A DNA stretch of 44,710 bases, taken from positions 1 to 44,710 of the forward strand of contig JAINCQ010000002.1 of assembly GCA_036574205.1 (NCBI GenBank). The letters are read 5' to 3'. The notes under the pieces are model-generated. The model was given only the letters and a program-made list of their open reading frames with translations, was not told where the DNA came from and searched no databases. Each line of letters begins with the position of its first letter. Within the stretch, counting starts at the first letter, position 1. Shown here one piece after another: positions 9,247 through 18,178 of this stretch. Source of the stretch: Elusimicrobiota bacterium (lineage in GTDB: Bacteria; Elusimicrobiota; Elusimicrobia; Elusimicrobiales; UBA9959). The position numbers and the translations under genes were made by a program.

Positions 9247-10104
9247 TTACCCTATTATCAATTTTAATTTAGCAAGATTTTTAGCGGATATATTATCTCT
9301 TGAAGTTAGCAGGGAATTTGGTGGCAGTTTCTCACAATTACAAGAAGGTTTAATAGATGAAATTTCTGGAATTGTTATAACCAAAAGTTTTTTAATGTTT
9401 TCAATATTCTTATGAATAGTATCTAAAACTTTCTCCTGAGATACTTCATCTTCTTCTTTCCAGCAGTCATAATCAGTGACAAGAGAAACAGGGACATAAT
9501 GCAAACCCGCTTCTTTTGCAACCTTACATTCGGTGGCAACAGTCATCCCAATTATTGAATATCCCTGCCTTCTATGATACTCACTTTCTGCTTTAGTTGA
9601 AAATTGAGGTCCTTCCATACAGACATAAACTCCCCCAAGATGTGATTTTATTCCGATTTCAAGCGCTTTTTTGTGTATAAATTTAGAATAATCCATACAG
9701 AAAGGATGAGCAAGGGGAACATGAGCAACAACCCCATTTCCAAAGAAAGTGCTTATCCTATTCTTAGTTTCATCAACAAACTGATCTGGAAATACAAAAT
9801 GAGAAGGAGCAAGATCTTCCTTTAAAGATCCAACCGCACTTACAGAAATGATAACCTCAACACCAAGCGATTTTAGCGCCCACATATTTGCCTGATGAGG
9901 AATTTCTGAAGGTAGTATGGTATGATTTCTCCCGTGTCTTGGCAAAAACAATACTGGAACCCCTGAAATCTTTCCATAAATCAAATTATCACTGGTTTTC
10001 CCAAAAGGAGTTTTGATTTTAATTTCTTTTTTATCTTTCAACTCCTCTATTTTATAAAGTCCGCTTCCGCCTATAACAGCAACTTTTGCTTTAAATTTTT
10101 TCAT
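9247..10104 (-). CDS. mtnP: S-methyl-5'-thioadenosine phosphorylase
   Basis: IGGSG, TPFG, PRHG..H, SAVGSL, EGPQFSTKAES, IGMT, VTDYDCW. ATG 10104 follows a GGGAG SD. Confidence 0.92.
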   Translation of the reverse strand: MKKFKAKVAVIGGSGLYKIEELKDKKEIKIKTPFGKTSDNLIYGKISGVPVLFLPRHGRNHTILPSEIPHQANMWALKSLGVEVIISVSAVGSLKEDLAPSHFVFPDQFVDETKNRISTFFGNGVVAHVPLAHPFCMDYSKFIHKKALEIGIKSHLGGVYVCMEGPQFSTKAESEYHRRQGYSIIGMTVATECKVAKEAGLHYVPVSLVTDYDCWKEEDEVSQEKVLDTIHKNIENIKKLLVITIPEISSIKPSCNCEKLPPNSLLTSRDNISAKNLAKLKLIIG

Positions 10105-10262
10105 AAATTCTCCCGTTATTAAACTCGGATAAATACCTGAAAACAATGTTAAATTATATTCTATAAAAAAATTGATTAATTATGGCATGCTGAAAAAGCA
10201 AGCAAGATATATAAAACTAGAAAAAATCAAAATCCTAAAATTTTATTTACTAATATTAAATC

Positions 10263-12200
10263 TTACTCATATCTCAGAGCTTCTATCGGTTCAAGATTAC
10301 TCGCTTTTTTGGCGGGCCAGAATCCAAACACAATTCCAACTAGAGCCGAAAAGGAAAATGACATTATTATAGCCACCCAGGGAATATCAATACTCCAGCC
10401 AGTAAATTTTCCAAGTATAATAGCAGCTCCACTCCCAAAAGCTATTCCTATCACTCCACCGACTACCGAAACTATAACCGCCTCTATCAAAAATTGCCAC
10501 AGAACCGCTCTATTTGTTGCCCCTATAGCTTTTCTTAATCCTATCTCTTTCGTTCTTTCAACAACACTTACAAGCATTATATTCATTATTCCTATCCCGC
10601 CAACTATAAGAGAAATCCCTGCTATTATTCCTAAAAGCAGGCTAAAGGTTTTTGTAGTTTGAGTAAGCATATTCTTTATATCCGAAAGATTAAAAACGGT
10701 TACAGGATCATCTTTATAAGAAGGGACATTCATAATTTTTCTCATAACTTTTGGAATATCCTCCATAGCTTTATCAATATAATCTGAATCTTCCACCTCA
10801 ACCCATATCTGATCAATATAATCCTTTCCAAATAATATCTTCATAGCTGTATTTACTGGAACTATTATAATATCATCCTGATCCCTCATCCCTGCCGCTC
10901 CTTTCATAGGCAAAATCCCTATAACTGTAAAATTCTTCCTGTTAATCTTAATCTGTTTTCCTACTGGATCTTCGTCACCAAAAAGATCATTGACAACCGT
11001 CTGTCCCAAAACACAAACTCTTTTAAGTTCTTTATTTTCCTGTTCAGTGAAAAATCTACCATAATAAGGATAAGCGTTTCGTAAAGATGGATAGTTAATA
11101 GAGCTTCCCATGACAGAAGTTCTGGTATTTTTATCTTTGTAAACCGCCTGAACATTTCCATTGACATTAACATCATAATTTACTATATAAGGAAGTCTTG
11201 AAATAATCATTTTTGGATATTCCAGCCTCAATCTTGAAACTTCCCCACGCCCTCCTCCAACTCCTCCAGTTGTTAGCTGTTGCGGAAATATCATAAGAAG
11301 ATTTGCCCCAAGAGACGAAAGGCTTTGCTGTATAACTTTTTGTGCTCCATATCCCACAGCAAGCATTGCTATAAGCGAACCAACCCCTATTATTATTCCA
11401 AGCATCGTAAGAAATGATCTTACTTTATTAGAAACTATTGATTTCAACGCAGTTTTTATATTTTCAAAAAACTCCTGAATATTAAACCTGGATTTCTTAA
11501 TCTCTATATCGTAATCTCTTTTTGTAATAAAATTTTTCCCATTTATTATATCTTCATAAATATTTCCGTCTTTTATCTTTATTATCCTTTTAGCATATGC
11601 TGCTATATCTGGTTCATGAGTCACTATTACTACAGTTTTACCCTCTTCATTAAGCTTTGTCAGAATCTCCATTATCTCCTTTGATTGATCGCTTGCTAAA
11701 TTCCCGGTCGGCTCGTCTGCAAGAACTATAAGAGGATCGTTCACAAGTGCTCTGGCTATAGCAACCCTCTGCTGTTGTCCTCCTGAAAGTTGATTGGGTT
11801 TATGAAAAATTCTATCTCCAAGACCAACCTTTTCAAGTAATTTTTTGCCAATTACTTCATCAACGCTTTTAAGATATATCTGGGGCAAACAAACATTACT
11901 AAGAGCTGTAAGCCTTGAAAGAAGATTAAACTGTTGAAAAACAAATCCTATTATTCTTGACCTAAGATACGCAAGTTCTGAGTCTGAAAGATTTGTAACA
12001 TCCCGTCCAAGAATTTTGTATTCACCGCTTGTTGGTCTGTCAAGAAATCCTATGATATGCATTAATGTAGATTTACCAGAACCGCTTGGACCCATTATTG
12101 CAACAAACTCCCCCTGTTCTATTTTAAGATCTACTCCTTTTAAAACCTCAAGTTCTTCCCCCATCTTATAAACCTTTCTTATTTTTTTAAGTTCTATCAT
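10263..12200 (-). CDS. macB: MacB-family ABC transporter, fused ATPase + permease
   Basis: Walker A GPSGSGKS, LSGGQQQR, LADEPTGNL, RSFLTMLGIIIGV, GGIGIMNIMLVSV.ERTKEIG, PIEALRYE. Confidence 0.95.
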   Translation of the reverse strand: MIELKKIRKVYKMGEELEVLKGVDLKIEQGEFVAIMGPSGSGKSTLMHIIGFLDRPTSGEYKILGRDVTNLSDSELAYLRSRIIGFVFQQFNLLSRLTALSNVCLPQIYLKSVDEVIGKKLLEKVGLGDRIFHKPNQLSGGQQQRVAIARALVNDPLIVLADEPTGNLASDQSKEIMEILTKLNEEGKTVVIVTHEPDIAAYAKRIIKIKDGNIYEDIINGKNFITKRDYDIEIKKSRFNIQEFFENIKTALKSIVSNKVRSFLTMLGIIIGVGSLIAMLAVGYGAQKVIQQSLSSLGANLLMIFPQQLTTGGVGGGRGEVSRLRLEYPKMIISRLPYIVNYDVNVNGNVQAVYKDKNTRTSVMGSSINYPSLRNAYPYYGRFFTEQENKELKRVCVLGQTVVNDLFGDEDPVGKQIKINRKNFTVIGILPMKGAAGMRDQDDIIIVPVNTAMKILFGKDYIDQIWVEVEDSDYIDKAMEDIPKVMRKIMNVPSYKDDPVTVFNLSDIKNMLTQTTKTFSLLLGIIAGISLIVGGIGIMNIMLVSVVERTKEIGLRKAIGATNRAVLWQFLIEAVIVSVVGGVIGIAFGSGAAIILGKFTGWSIDIPWVAIIMSFSFSALVGIVFGFWPAKKASNLEPIEALRYE

Positions 12201-12231
12201 ACTTCTCCTATCAAAGCTTTTAATAAAGTTT

Positions 12232-13206
12232 TTATAGCTTTCTCATTATCTGCCTCGGTTGATTTTTGCTTCTTTGAGGCATAAATGGAATTTTACCTCC
12301 CTCAAACGTCTGTTTTGAGTACTTCTTGATTTTAAGATATATCTCATCGCCATCGTTAAGTCCTTTTTTCACTTCAACTATATCATTGTAATCCTTCCCT
12401 ACCGTTATTTCTTTCTTTACAGGTTTTTTCTCCAAATCAAAGCCTGTTATAACATAAGTTTTCCCATCTTTTGAATATTCAACAGCATTGTTTGGAACTC
12501 CAATAATTGCTTTCTGAGAAACAAGTATTTTCACATTAGCTGTCATCTGAGATTTTAAAAAAGATGGGGTGTTATCAAGTCTTATCTTCACTCTATATAT
12601 TATAACACTACTAACGTTTTTACCCTCATCAAGTATTTGAAATACCCTGCCGGTTATCTGGGTATCAGGATATGAATCAAGTGTTATAAAAACTCTATCC
12701 CCAATTTTAACCTTGCCTATATCAGACTCATCAACATTTGCATTGGCTATCAAGGTATCTGACATGGCGAACAAAACCGTCGATGCTCCCAAAGTCTGCC
12801 CCTCAACTATGTTTCTTAAAATTATTCTTCCACTTATAGGAGCAAGGACTTTTATCGGCTTATAACTATCCTCCCATTTTTTATACTCCTCTTCACTTAT
12901 AGATCTTGCGGCATCTAAAATAGCGACCCTGTCTGAAGAACTCATAAGACACAATACATCTCCGCTTTTTACATTATCTCCTTCTTCAACAAAAATTTTT
13001 TCTATTCTGCCAGAGGAAGGTGGAAGTATTTCAACCCTGTTTAAAGGTTCAATCTGCCCGGTTGTTTCAACATAATCAGCAACATTATTTATTTTTACTT
13101 CTATTTTTTTATAAAAAAATTCATCCTGTGGATCTTTCTTTCTTTTTAAAAAATAAATTCCCGCTATTATAGCTACTGCAGATATTAAAATAACTACTTT
13201 CTTCAT
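12232..13206 (-). CDS. macA: Efflux periplasmic adaptor (MacA-like, short hairpin)
   Basis: N-terminal anchor, lipoyl half-motifs (SGRIEKIFVEEGDNVKSGD; APISGRI), VDESDIGKVKIG; located between tolC and macB. Confidence 0.85.
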   Translation of the reverse strand: MKKVVILISAVAIIAGIYFLKRKKDPQDEFFYKKIEVKINNVADYVETTGQIEPLNRVEILPPSSGRIEKIFVEEGDNVKSGDVLCLMSSSDRVAILDAARSISEEEYKKWEDSYKPIKVLAPISGRIILRNIVEGQTLGASTVLFAMSDTLIANANVDESDIGKVKIGDRVFITLDSYPDTQITGRVFQILDEGKNVSSVIIYRVKIRLDNTPSFLKSQMTANVKILVSQKAIIGVPNNAVEYSKDGKTYVITGFDLEKKPVKKEITVGKDYNDIVEVKKGLNDGDEIYLKIKKYSKQTFEGGKIPFMPQRSKNQPRQIMRKL

Positions 13207-13258
13207 TTTTCCTCCCGCTTTTTTTCATTTTTAGACTTCCATCTATGTTAAAAAAATC

Positions 13259-14518
13259 TTACTGAGAGATCTTTTCTCCAATAAGGCTTTCAAGCGATAT
13301 TTTTCTAAGATAAACATTTTTAATATATTCAGTGTAATTTTGTCTTGAATCAACAAGATTTTGTTCTATATTCTCAAGATCTATATAACTCATTTTCCCG
13401 GCCATATATTTTATCTGAGCTTCTTTATATCTTTCTTCATTTGCCTCAAGCAATATAGCATATGTTTTTACAGTAGAAACGGAATTTAGATACTCGTTAT
13501 ATGCATTTTGAATATCATTTTCAGCGCTTATTATATAAGCGTTAAGCTTCTCTCTTGTTGATCTCAGGGTTTCCTTAAGCATATCTACATTGTTTTTATA
13601 ATATGTTATACCAGAAGAAAAAAGCGGAAACGAAAGACCAAGCCCAATAGACCATGTCATATTTGTATCTGGAAATTCAGATTTTCCAGAATATCCCCTG
13701 GATGCAGAAAAACTGAGTTTTGGTAGCCAATCATATTTATTTGTTTTTAATTTTTCCTCAGCAAGAAGTATGTTCTTTTCAAAAATTTTATAAGCAGGTG
13801 TAGATTTGATATAATCGATTATTTTATCCCGCTCAAATAGTATTTGAGGCATAGAAATATTTTCTCTAACTAAAATTTCATCCTTAATTTTAATTCCTAT
13901 TGCGTTTTTAAGATTGTTTGATGCTATTTCAATCTGTCTTTTTGATTTATCAAGATTAAGTCTTGCCATTTCATATTGCGCTACAGCATAAAGCATATTC
14001 CCTTTAGATTCAAATCCACTTTGATATTTAAGTTTTATCAAATCCGCATTATTTTTTCTTATCTCAACTATTTTCTCATTGACCCTGTAGGTTTCCTGCG
14101 CAAAAAGAAGATTATAAAAGGCAGTATAAATATTTTTTCTTAAATCTATAAGGTAGCTTTCATAGTTTAACTGTGCAATCTCATAGTTTATTCTGGAACT
14201 TTTAATTGTATAAATAGAGTCATAATCAAAAATATTTTGAGAAACGCTTGCTGAAAGTGAAAAAGTATTAGAAGTCTGGTTGTTATCTCCGCCAGATCTT
14301 GAAAAATTATTTGAAAGGTTAATCTTTGGAAGATAGGAGTTAAGCGAAGAGTAATAAGAATATTTAGCAGATTCAAGCTCGGCAAGCTTTGATTTTAAGG
14401 CTGGATTATTTTCAAAAGCTAAATTAATACATTCTTTAAGAGTAAGCTCAATGGCTTTGGACAAATCTATAAAAGTAAAAAACAACAAACATACAAGAAT
14501 TACTTTGTTTTTTTTCAT
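13259..14518 (-). CDS. tolC: TolC-family outer membrane efflux protein
   Basis: Signal peptide, LTLKECINLAFENNP, two LPK(I/L) beta repeats, LSFPLF, KYMAG..SYID. Confidence 0.88.
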   Translation of the reverse strand: MKKNKVILVCLLFFTFIDLSKAIELTLKECINLAFENNPALKSKLAELESAKYSYYSSLNSYLPKINLSNNFSRSGGDNNQTSNTFSLSASVSQNIFDYDSIYTIKSSRINYEIAQLNYESYLIDLRKNIYTAFYNLLFAQETYRVNEKIVEIRKNNADLIKLKYQSGFESKGNMLYAVAQYEMARLNLDKSKRQIEIASNNLKNAIGIKIKDEILVRENISMPQILFERDKIIDYIKSTPAYKIFEKNILLAEEKLKTNKYDWLPKLSFSASRGYSGKSEFPDTNMTWSIGLGLSFPLFSSGITYYKNNVDMLKETLRSTREKLNAYIISAENDIQNAYNEYLNSVSTVKTYAILLEANEERYKEAQIKYMAGKMSYIDLENIEQNLVDSRQNYTEYIKNVYLRKISLESLIGEKISQ

Positions 14519-14600
14519 ACAAACTCCCTACATCTCATACCTATATTATATTAACGATTTTACAGCAAAATTATTGCATTATTATAAAGAACTTAATAAC

Positions 14601-14627
14601 TTACCTACCAGTAAGTAAATTATAGCA
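14601..14627 (-). promoter_or_regulatory. Extended -10 promoter with adjacent palindromic operator for tolC-macA-macB
   Basis: Minus-strand TGCTATAAT at 14627-14619, immediately followed by the dyad TTACCTAC-CA-GTAAGTAA (14601-14618, one mismatch). Confidence 0.55.
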
Positions 14628-14667
14628 AATAAAAGACAACAATTTCTTGTAAGATATCTATACATAG

Positions 14668-14725
14668 CTGTCTGCGTGCCTGCCTGAGCAAAGACACTCG
14701 CAGTCAGGCGGACACGCACAGGCAG
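14668..14725. repeat. GC-rich imperfect inverted repeat (REP-like hairpin)
   Basis: Arms CTGTCTGCGTGCCTGCCTGA (14668-14687) and TCAGGCGGACACGCACAGGCAG (14704-14725). Confidence 0.65.
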
Positions 14726-14801
14726 GTTGGACTTTTCATGATTTTTAAATTGTTTATCTAAAAACCAATTTATTGGCGTTTTTCCGATTTAATTATTTTC
14801 A

Positions 14802-14837
14802 CCCTCACCTTAATCCTCTCCCATTAAAGGGAGAGGA
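14802..14837 (+). repeat. BoxC-like palindromic repeat, copy 1
   Basis: CCCTCACCTTAA followed by the perfect stem TCCTCTCCC-attaaa-GGGAGAGGA. Confidence 0.7.
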
Positions 14838-14929
14838 AAATGAGTGTTAGCAAGGCATGAATACTAATTTTCTGGACAGTTTAATTCCTTTCATATGTTT
14901 ATATTTTCCCTCTCCCCATTTTAATATAT

Positions 14930-14963
14930 CCCCTCTCCTTTTTTGGAGAGGGTTAGGGTGAGG
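14930..14963 (-). repeat. BoxC-like palindromic repeat, copy 2 (inverted)
   Basis: Reverse complement reads CCTCACCCTAACCCTCTCC-aaaaaa-GGAGAGGGG. Confidence 0.7.
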
Positions 14964-15034
14964 AGATTTAAGGGGGAAGGGATGGTTTTTAAGCGTTTAA
15001 GGAAGGTAAAATTAGGTTTTGTTCAGATTAAAAA

Positions 15035-15156
15035 ATTATCCACACTTTAACCACGATCGTATAAAATCAGTGTATGTTATTCATAGGAAAGTTATATAAT
15101 TTCCGCTAAATGATTATACACAGTTTAACCACGATCGTGTAAAATTAGTGTATGTT
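15035..15156. repeat. Two 44-bp direct repeats separated by a 34-bp spacer
   Basis: 15035-15078 and 15113-15156 are 40/44 identical. Each starts with TTAT(C/A)CACA and has an ACGATCGT dyad. Confidence 0.85.
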
Positions 15157-15179
15157 TTTTTTGAAAGCAAAATACCTTA

Positions 15180-15200
15180 GACTGACCGCCCAGCTCAGTC
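15180..15200. terminator. Small hairpin downstream of addB, possible terminator
   Basis: GACTGA-N9-TCAGTC; no clean U-tract. Confidence 0.25.
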
Positions 15201-15362
15201 CGCTATTGGAGATATATCTATTTTTTTATTACACACTTTTCAATAGATTTACAAATATTATTCTACAGCTTAACGACATTAAAATCTGTCCATTATGTTT
15301 CTGATATTTTGCATTTCTATATTATAAAAAGAACTTTTAATCAAGAATATAAAATTCAAAAA

Positions 15363-18176
15363 CTATAACCTGTCACATATTGTTTTATAGGGACAGTATT
15401 CACAGTTATTATCATTTTCAGGTGGGTTGAAATAATCATCATCTATAATCTCAGAGATAATATTTTTAACAAAATCCATTACTTTATTAATATTTTCATT
15501 TTCAAACGTAATAATTTCTTCAGGGATCACTTTTATATCCCTTTCATGTAAACACAAAAATTCAGCAGTTGTATTGGATATATCAGCTCCTTCAACATTC
15601 TTTAAATTCTTTAAGCCAGCAAAACAATAAACATAAATAAATAATTGAAGCAAATTAAGTTTTTTCCCACCTCGAAACTCAGACAGCATTTTATCTAAAT
15701 TCATCTTTTCAACTCCATTTAAATCAATGTGTCCTGTTTTATAATCGGTTATTATAAATTCGTTCTTTCCATCTTTTGATATTTTATCAACTCTATCTAT
15801 TCTTGCATTGAATTTAACATATTTTTCTTTATCATACTGCAAATCAAAAGAAATATTTTTCTCACACATAATAATCTCTCTATCTCTATGATTTTTGAAA
15901 TGAAATTCAATAAAATCAGAAAGCCTGTTTAAAATCTGTTTTTTAAACATATAATCCTTAAGACTTATTCTATCTTGAATTTTTCTTTTTATTTCTTCTT
16001 CAAAGATACCAAAAATAGTCTTTTTCTCCTTGTCTTTGTCTTTATCTATAAAAGTTTTACCTATATATTTAGAAAAATATTTTTCAAATACTTTATGCAA
16101 AATAATTCCTATCTCATTTTTCTCAAAATCTTCCTTTATCTCTTCATTTTCAGAAAGCCCAAGCACATACTGATAATAAAAGCTGAGCTGACATTTTAAG
16201 TAATTTTCTATGGCTGAATATGAATAAGACATAGAAGAAAGTAACCTTTTAATCTCATCAGTTTTTTTGATTTTACTTAGATCTTTTTTATTAAAATTAA
16301 TATTAAAAACCGGTGTTGTTTCTTTAAAATCTTTATCTTCTTTCTCATAAAGCCATTTTATTTTCTCAAGTAAAGGACTTATTTCCCTCTCTTTATTATC
16401 AACATAATAAGCATAAAAATTTTCACATCCATAAAAAAGCAAGTGGAAATAATAAGAATATATATCAAATGAGGTTTTTGAATCCGGTATATTAAGTTCT
16501 TTTCTAACAAAATCAGGTATAACAGAATCCTTCTTTTTTATGTTGGGCAAGATTTCATTATTTAAATCTAACATAAAAACATTTTTAAATTTAAGATTTC
16601 TTGCTTCAAGAAAACCTATACATTGAAGTCCCTTGATAGGAGAGCCTTTAAACGGATGGGTTTTTGTATTGAAAAATATCTTAATAAAATCAAAATATGA
16701 CTTTTTCTCATTAAAAACCAACTTTGATATCTCACTATTTTTTATTTCTTCAATTATATCACATATAACCTCATTAAAATAAGCCCAGTAATGATGTCTT
16801 GAAGCAGTAGAGTCTTTATCCAGGTATTTCAGGATATTTAAAAGTTTGCTTAAAAAATCATCAACGTTTTTTATAGAATCAAACGATCGTATAAACAAAT
16901 CATTTATTCTCTTAATTATTTCACTATCCCCCTCAACATCAGACAAAGATATTCTTATATTCAAAGGTTTTTTAATTTTCTCAAATATGCGATGTATTTC
17001 TTTTCGTGTTTCTTCAGCCTTTTCACTATCAAATTTTATATTCTTAATGTAAGGATGATTTAAAAACTTAAAGTATTTTTCAATTGAATATAGTTTTTTA
17101 CCATCAACCTCAGTGGCTGATTCAATAAGTTCAAAAAGAAGCATAAACATTGAATAAATTGGGGTAAGTTTTAAAGGAAACCCACTTGAAACATTAAAAT
17201 CACTAAAATCTCCAAGCACATTATTAAGGAGTGAAGTAACAATACTTTCATCATTTATTACAACAACATTTTCTCTGCCAGCTTTAAACAAATTATTATC
17301 AATATGAGAAACTGAGATTAAATCCTTTCTTAATTCACTTAATTCTTCAAATGAGCTTGATACCTTTCTTACCACCAATTTTGGTATGTTTGTTTGAGGA
17401 GTACTATAATCTTCCACAGTAAAAGGGATATAATCTTTGATATTTCCTGTATTATAATAAAGAAAATAAGAGTTAGGATGATTATTGTATATATTCTTAA
17501 ATATAATCTTTTCACTTTCAGTTAAGGCAAAAAAACCTGCAAAAACAATATTTTTAAAACCACTCATATCATAATTCTTAATATTCTGGGAAACAAAAGA
17601 ATACTTCATTGATCTGGTATATCTCTTTTCTTTTTCTAGCTTCTGATAAAATTTAGCATAGATATCTGAAAATTTTATAAACCTATCGCTAAATTTTCTA
17701 AAAACATCATCCCTTGAAATACTTAACTCATTGAAAACTATAAAATCAAAATCCCTCATCTTCTGTGGCTCTACTCTGTGTATCTTAAGCTCTTCAAAAT
17801 CGGATAATATACTCAATGCAACAGGCAAAAAATAATCAAAAGCCATTTTATCTTCTTTATTTTTAATATCAAAGATCGCATTCTGTATATCATCACCAAA
17901 ATCATTTAAAAGGGAATAAATTAAATCATATTCACTTGCGGTTTTTGCCTGTGGATTGATTTTTTCAAACACAAAATTTATAAAATCATCCATCCCCATT
18001 AGTTTGGGCGCAGGAAGTGGTTTATTATCGTATGCTTTACTTATATAATCCACCAGAAAATAGCCTGGCCTTCTGTTTGGAAAGATCACAATAGAATTTT
18101 CCAGGTCATTATTAATTAAAGATAGGATTTCATCAAATATATCTTTTTGAATATCTATAAGTTTAACCTTTTCCAT
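15363..18176 (-). CDS. addB: AddB-like PD-(D/E)XK nuclease subunit with Fe-S cysteines
   Basis: IVIFPNRR, GFLEARNL, SYSAIENYLKCQL, RIDRVD..ITDYKTG, C-terminal CEYCPYKTIC; lies 2 bp after addA. Confidence 0.85.
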   Translation of the reverse strand: MEKVKLIDIQKDIFDEILSLINNDLENSIVIFPNRRPGYFLVDYISKAYDNKPLPAPKLMGMDDFINFVFEKINPQAKTASEYDLIYSLLNDFGDDIQNAIFDIKNKEDKMAFDYFLPVALSILSDFEELKIHRVEPQKMRDFDFIVFNELSISRDDVFRKFSDRFIKFSDIYAKFYQKLEKEKRYTRSMKYSFVSQNIKNYDMSGFKNIVFAGFFALTESEKIIFKNIYNNHPNSYFLYYNTGNIKDYIPFTVEDYSTPQTNIPKLVVRKVSSSFEELSELRKDLISVSHIDNNLFKAGRENVVVINDESIVTSLLNNVLGDFSDFNVSSGFPLKLTPIYSMFMLLFELIESATEVDGKKLYSIEKYFKFLNHPYIKNIKFDSEKAEETRKEIHRIFEKIKKPLNIRISLSDVEGDSEIIKRINDLFIRSFDSIKNVDDFLSKLLNILKYLDKDSTASRHHYWAYFNEVICDIIEEIKNSEISKLVFNEKKSYFDFIKIFFNTKTHPFKGSPIKGLQCIGFLEARNLKFKNVFMLDLNNEILPNIKKKDSVIPDFVRKELNIPDSKTSFDIYSYYFHLLFYGCENFYAYYVDNKEREISPLLEKIKWLYEKEDKDFKETTPVFNINFNKKDLSKIKKTDEIKRLLSSMSYSYSAIENYLKCQLSFYYQYVLGLSENEEIKEDFEKNEIGIILHKVFEKYFSKYIGKTFIDKDKDKEKKTIFGIFEEEIKRKIQDRISLKDYMFKKQILNRLSDFIEFHFKNHRDREIIMCEKNISFDLQYDKEKYVKFNARIDRVDKISKDGKNEFIITDYKTGHIDLNGVEKMNLDKMLSEFRGGKKLNLLQLFIYVYCFAGLKNLKNVEGADISNTTAEFLCLHERDIKVIPEEIITFENENINKVMDFVKNIISEIIDDDYFNPPENDNNCEYCPYKTICDRL

Positions 18177-18178
18177 AT

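Noticed and set aside
10172..10372. 66-aa plus-strand ORF
   Set aside because: TTG start without SD, antisense overlap with the macB 3' end, and no motif.
15035..15156. CRISPR array call for the 44-bp repeats
   Set aside because: Only two imperfect repeats, no recognisable CRISPR repeat ends, and no cas genes. The Cas4-like domain nearby is the normal AddB nuclease.
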